From positions 32,001 to 96,000 of the forward strand of contig CAWDVP010000002.1 of the NCBI GenBank assembly GCA_963805945.1: DNA of 64,000 bases. Direction: 5' to 3'. Position 1 is the first letter of the stretch; each line of letters opens with the position of its first letter. Below the pieces are notes generated by a model. That model was not told where the DNA came from. It was given only the letters and a program-made list of their open reading frames with translations, and searched no databases. The translations under genes were made by a program, and so were the position numbers. Source of the stretch: Vulcanimicrobiota bacterium. Lineage in GTDB: Bacteria; Vulcanimicrobiota; Vulcanimicrobiia; Eremiobacterales; Eremiobacteraceae. Below are positions 60,692 through 64,000 of the stretch, piece after piece.

Positions 60692-61713
60692 CCGGCGCCG
60701 ACCGCGCGCAAGCGAGTCACCAATGCGGCGAAATCATCGGGCCAGGGCGCATCAAAGGTCAGCGGCGCGCCGCTCACCGGATGCACGAAGCGCAAGCGCG
60801 CCGCGTGCAGCGCCTGCCGCTCGATGCCGAGGTCCGGATAGCCCCCGCCGTAGACGGGGTCGCCGACGACGGGATGTCCGATCGCGGCGCAGTGGACGCG
60901 GATCTGATGGGTGCGTCCGGTCTCGAGCGCGATGCGCAGCAGCGACGCGGCCATGCCGCGGTCCTTGGAGCGGTCGAGTTTACTCGACCGTTTCTTGCCT
61001 GACACCTTTTTCGTCTTTGGCGGCCGGACAGATTCGACCGCTCCAGGCGTTGCGATATCGAATGTCTCGGCGACGCGGTAGTGCGTCACCGCCCGCTTGC
61101 CCTCATGCCGGACCGCGAACTTCACCCGCGATGCCGGATCGCGCGCGAGGGGCGCGTCGATCGCACCGCTGCTCGCGGGCGGCACGCCCCACACCACGGC
61201 GTCGTACTCGCGCTCGACGAGATGGCCCGCGATCGCCGCGGAGAGCGCCCGCATCGCGCGCTCGGTCTTGGCGACGACGAGCAGTCCCGACGTCTCTTTG
61301 TCCAAGCGGTGCACGATGCCGGGGCGGATGGGGCCGTTGAGCTCCGGCAGCGGGCCGAGGGCCGCGAGCAGCGCATTGACGAGCGTGCCTCGTTCGCTGC
61401 CGGGCGCGGGATGCGTCGCCATACCGGCAGGCTTGTTCACGATGCAGATATCCGCGTCGTCGTAGACGATCGCGATGGGGATCGCCTCCGCGCGCGGCGC
61501 GAGCGCGCGACGCGGCGGCAGCACGGCGGTGACGGATTCCCCCGCCTTCAACAGATGCGACGGCTTGGCCGGGCGGTCGTCCACGCGCACGTGCCCGCTG
61601 CGGATGAGCGCGGCGATCTCGGTGCGGGAGCGGTCCGCGCGCAGCGCGAGCGTCGCGTCCAGACGAGTGCCCGCCTCGGTCGCCGTCGCCGAAAACGCGA
61701 CGGTCTCGTTCAC
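60688..61713 (-). CDS. rluD: RluA/RluD-family pseudouridine synthase with a basic insertion
   Basis: S4-like RLD, VNKPAGM, RPGIVHRLDKETSG, LETGRTHQIRVH, QALHA. Confidence 0.93.
   Translation of the reverse strand: MNETVAFSATATEAGTRLDATLALRADRSRTEIAALIRSGHVRVDDRPAKPSHLLKAGESVTAVLPPRRALAPRAEAIPIAIVYDDADICIVNKPAGMATHPAPGSERGTLVNALLAALGPLPELNGPIRPGIVHRLDKETSGLLVVAKTERAMRALSAAIAGHLVEREYDAVVWGVPPASSGAIDAPLARDPASRVKFAVRHEGKRAVTHYRVAETFDIATPGAVESVRPPKTKKVSGKKRSSKLDRSKDRGMAASLLRIALETGRTHQIRVHCAAIGHPVVGDPVYGGGYPDLGIERQALHAARLRFVHPVSGAPLTFDAPWPDDFAALVTRLRAVGAG
60967..60990 (+). repeat. REP-like palindrome inside rluD
   Basis: GGAG-CGGTCGAGT-TT-ACTCGACCG, perfect 9-bp arms. Confidence 0.6.
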
Positions 61714-62192
61714 GGGACTGGGGCGCTCTGCTCGGGCAGCGGTTCCACTTGACGCTTGCGATCCTGCAGAAGGATGCGGATGAGCAGCAGCACGACGCCG
61801 ATGCTGATCGCCGAATCGGCGACGTTGAACACCGGCCACCAGTGCAGGTCGACGAAGTCTACGACATAGCCGAAGCGCACGCGGTCGATGATGTTGCCGA
61901 GCGCGCCGCCGAGGATGAGGCCGAATGCGATGTGGGTGAGCGACCCGGAGCCGTCTTGCCTGTACCAATGATAGAACAGGAACACGACAGCCAGCGCGAT
62001 CGCCGCCAGCAGCAGCGGGTGCGAGCCGAACAGGCCGAACGCGCCGGCTCGGTTCTGCACGTAGGTCAGCCAGAGGCCGTGCGGGATCACGATGCGGCTC
62101 TCGTTCGGCAAGAAATGGCTCGAGAGGGCGTGCTTGGTGACCTGGTCGAGGGCGAGCACGATCGCCGCGACGAGAAAGAACAGCAATGACAT
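61710..62192 (-). CDS. lspA: Lipoprotein signal peptidase
   Basis: DQVTK, NRAGAFG, GGALGNIIDR, VVDF, FNVADSAI. Confidence 0.95.
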   Translation of the reverse strand: MSLLFFLVAAIVLALDQVTKHALSSHFLPNESRIVIPHGLWLTYVQNRAGAFGLFGSHPLLLAAIALAVVFLFYHWYRQDGSGSLTHIAFGLILGGALGNIIDRVRFGYVVDFVDLHWWPVFNVADSAISIGVVLLLIRILLQDRKRQVEPLPEQSAPVP

Positions 62193-62228
62193 ATCGTGCC
62201 CGCTTTTCCAGCGATGCGCCGACGAACC

Positions 62229-63035
62229 CTACTGGTAGGCTTCGACTAACGTCTCGAGGCGGCGCCCGGTGAGCAGCGAGATGTACGCCGGCACCAACGG
62301 CAGCACGCACGGCGAGATGAACGATACGACGCCTGCGAGGAACACCGCGCCGATCGTCAGCGCGCCGCCACCGACGTCGGGTCCCGTTCCAAGATTCGCG
62401 ATCGCCGGGAACTCTTTGTAGAGCCAGCCGGTGAATCGCAGGAACGAATTCGTGACGAGCACGAGACCCATGACGATGACGATGAGGCCCGCGATGACTT
62501 CGATCGCGGGCAGATACTTCTTGAACCGCTTCAGCAACGGCAGGACGTAATTGAGACCGAGCGCCGTGATGATGAACGGCAGCCCCAATCCCAGCGAATA
62601 GACGAACAGATACATCGTCCCCTTGGCGACGCTCTCCGTGCTGCTCGCCAGGGCGATCACCGCCGCGAGCACGGGACCGATGCAGGGCGACCAGCCGGCC
62701 GCGAAACCGATGCCCGCGAGCAGCGTCGCGGGATACGAGGTGCTCGTGTGTTCGAAATGCAGGCGCTTGTCCATCGCGAGCATCGGAATGCGGAACAGGC
62801 CCACCATGTTGAGCCCGAGAAGGATGACGATGACGCCGAACACGCGCGTGATGACGACTTGATGGTCTTTGAACGCCTGTCCGAGGGCGCTGGCGCTTGC
62901 GCCGGCGGCCACGAAGATGAGCGTGAAACCCAAGACGAAGACCAGCGAGTGCGCGAGCAGCTCGCGGCGCACGTCAAGCCGCGCTGGGGCGGTCGTCTGC
63001 GGCTCGGCCGGCGCCTTTACCTGAGCTGAATCCAC
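62229..63035 (-). CDS. ccdA: CcdA/DsbD-beta disulfide transporter, circularly permuted
   Basis: FVLGF..AAGWSPCIGP..YSLGLGLPF, then FLAGVVSFISPCVLPLVPAYIS at the C-terminus. Confidence 0.85.
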   Translation of the reverse strand: MDSAQVKAPAEPQTTAPARLDVRRELLAHSLVFVLGFTLIFVAAGASASALGQAFKDHQVVITRVFGVIVILLGLNMVGLFRIPMLAMDKRLHFEHTSTSYPATLLAGIGFAAGWSPCIGPVLAAVIALASSTESVAKGTMYLFVYSLGLGLPFIITALGLNYVLPLLKRFKKYLPAIEVIAGLIVIVMGLVLVTNSFLRFTGWLYKEFPAIANLGTGPDVGGGALTIGAVFLAGVVSFISPCVLPLVPAYISLLTGRRLETLVEAYQ

Positions 63036-63070
63036 TGCTGCGCGTCCTGCTCCCTTGCTGGAGGTGTTGA

Positions 63071-63949
63071 TTGCTCGCTGTTCTCGATGCCGCATCTCAT
63101 TGGTTCACGTACCCGAGCATCGATCCCGTCGCCATCCACGTCTATAAGGATTTCGGCATCCGCTGGTATGGCCTGTCTTACGTTATCGGCGCCGTTTTGG
63201 TGTACCTCCAGTTGCAGAGCAAAGGCAGCCGGGCGCGCACCGGACTGACGGTCGACCAGGCGCAGGAATTCATCGTCTACACGATGATCGGCATCATCCT
63301 CGGCGGGCGTATCTTCTTTCTTTTCGCCGATATGCTCACGCCGCTGGCCAAGGGCGGCCATCCGTTCTCGTTCTATCTGAGCGACCCGATCCAGTTCATC
63401 GCCATCTGGAACGGCGGCATGGCGTTTCACGGCGGTCTGCTCGGCGGCATCGCCGGCGCCGTGCTGTACGTGCGCCGCATCAATCTGCCCATCTGGAAGA
63501 TCCTCGACGAGACCGTGCTGTGGATGCCGGTCGCGATCTTGCTCACGCGCATCACGAACTTCATCAATCACGAGCTGCCCGGCCGCTTGACGGACTCACC
63601 CGTCGGCTTCCAGTTCCCCGGCTACGACGGCTATCGCTATCCGTCGCAGCTGTTCGAGGGGCTCGGCATGATCGTCGTCGTGCTGCCGCTCGTGTGGCTC
63701 GTGCGCTCTCGCCCGGATATCTTCCGGCCAGGCGCGGTGTTCTGGACGTTCATCGCCGGCTACGGTCTCGTGCGCACCGTCGTCGAATTCTACCGCGAGC
63801 CGGGCATCGTGTACCTCGGGCTGACCGGCGCGCAATACTTGACGATCGCGATGGTGATCCTCGGCGTGGTGATGATCTGGCTGGGTCAACGGCAACCTGC
63901 GCAGCCGCCGCCGAAACAGACCAAGTCATCCGCCAAACCCCGCGTTTAG
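63071..63949 (+). CDS. lgt: Prolipoprotein diacylglyceryl transferase
   Basis: IDPVA, IRWYG, GGMAFHGG, R.TNFINHEL.GR, YPSQLFE, VEFYREP. Confidence 0.95.
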   Translation: MLAVLDAASHWFTYPSIDPVAIHVYKDFGIRWYGLSYVIGAVLVYLQLQSKGSRARTGLTVDQAQEFIVYTMIGIILGGRIFFLFADMLTPLAKGGHPFSFYLSDPIQFIAIWNGGMAFHGGLLGGIAGAVLYVRRINLPIWKILDETVLWMPVAILLTRITNFINHELPGRLTDSPVGFQFPGYDGYRYPSQLFEGLGMIVVVLPLVWLVRSRPDIFRPGAVFWTFIAGYGLVRTVVEFYREPGIVYLGLTGAQYLTIAMVILGVVMIWLGQRQPAQPPPKQTKSSAKPRV

Positions 63950-64000
63950 GGACCGATATCTGCCAGAAGGATCCACACGGCGACGCCGTCGCGAAAGATG

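Noticed and set aside
63946..64000. Possible 3' end of a minus-strand gene (..IFRDGVAVWILLADIGP*)
   Set aside because: Only 17 codons are visible, too little to support a call.

Overview
GC-rich bacterial chromosome segment. It combines Firmicutes/Actinobacteria-like housekeeping synteny (mfd-prsA-yabN-yabO, whiA-gap-pgk-tpiA-gpmI, yggS-sepF-divIVA) with LptD-like outer-membrane proteins, which suggests a diderm Terrabacterium such as Ca. Eremiobacterota (inference only). The left ~39 kb is a surface-glycan locus: rmlA/B/D, ugd, uxs, five GT2, two GT4, two AftD-like GT-C, four methyltransferases, a MurJ-type flippase, a Wzy_C ligase and a priming transferase. Each end of this locus carries an LptD-like barrel gene and a tandem pair of paralogous secreted Ig/FN3/DNRLRE-like proteins. 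The locus also holds a compact myo-inositol-oxygenase-like gene and a duplicated ~70-nt leader with an ops/JUMPStart-like core. The right ~25 kb is housekeeping, with a two-TA islet and a small flgF-flgG-flgJ-fliA cassette. It also contains a ~190-nt palindromic element read in-frame inside mfd, a REP-like hairpin inside rluD, a tgt with a eukaryote-like LDDV motif, and an apparently circularly permuted CcdA. Many small frameshifts fall between 7.7 and 36 kb and look like long-read indel errors. No rRNA, tRNA, CRISPR array, integrase or transposase was recognised. All family calls come from motif recognition by eye, not from database searches.
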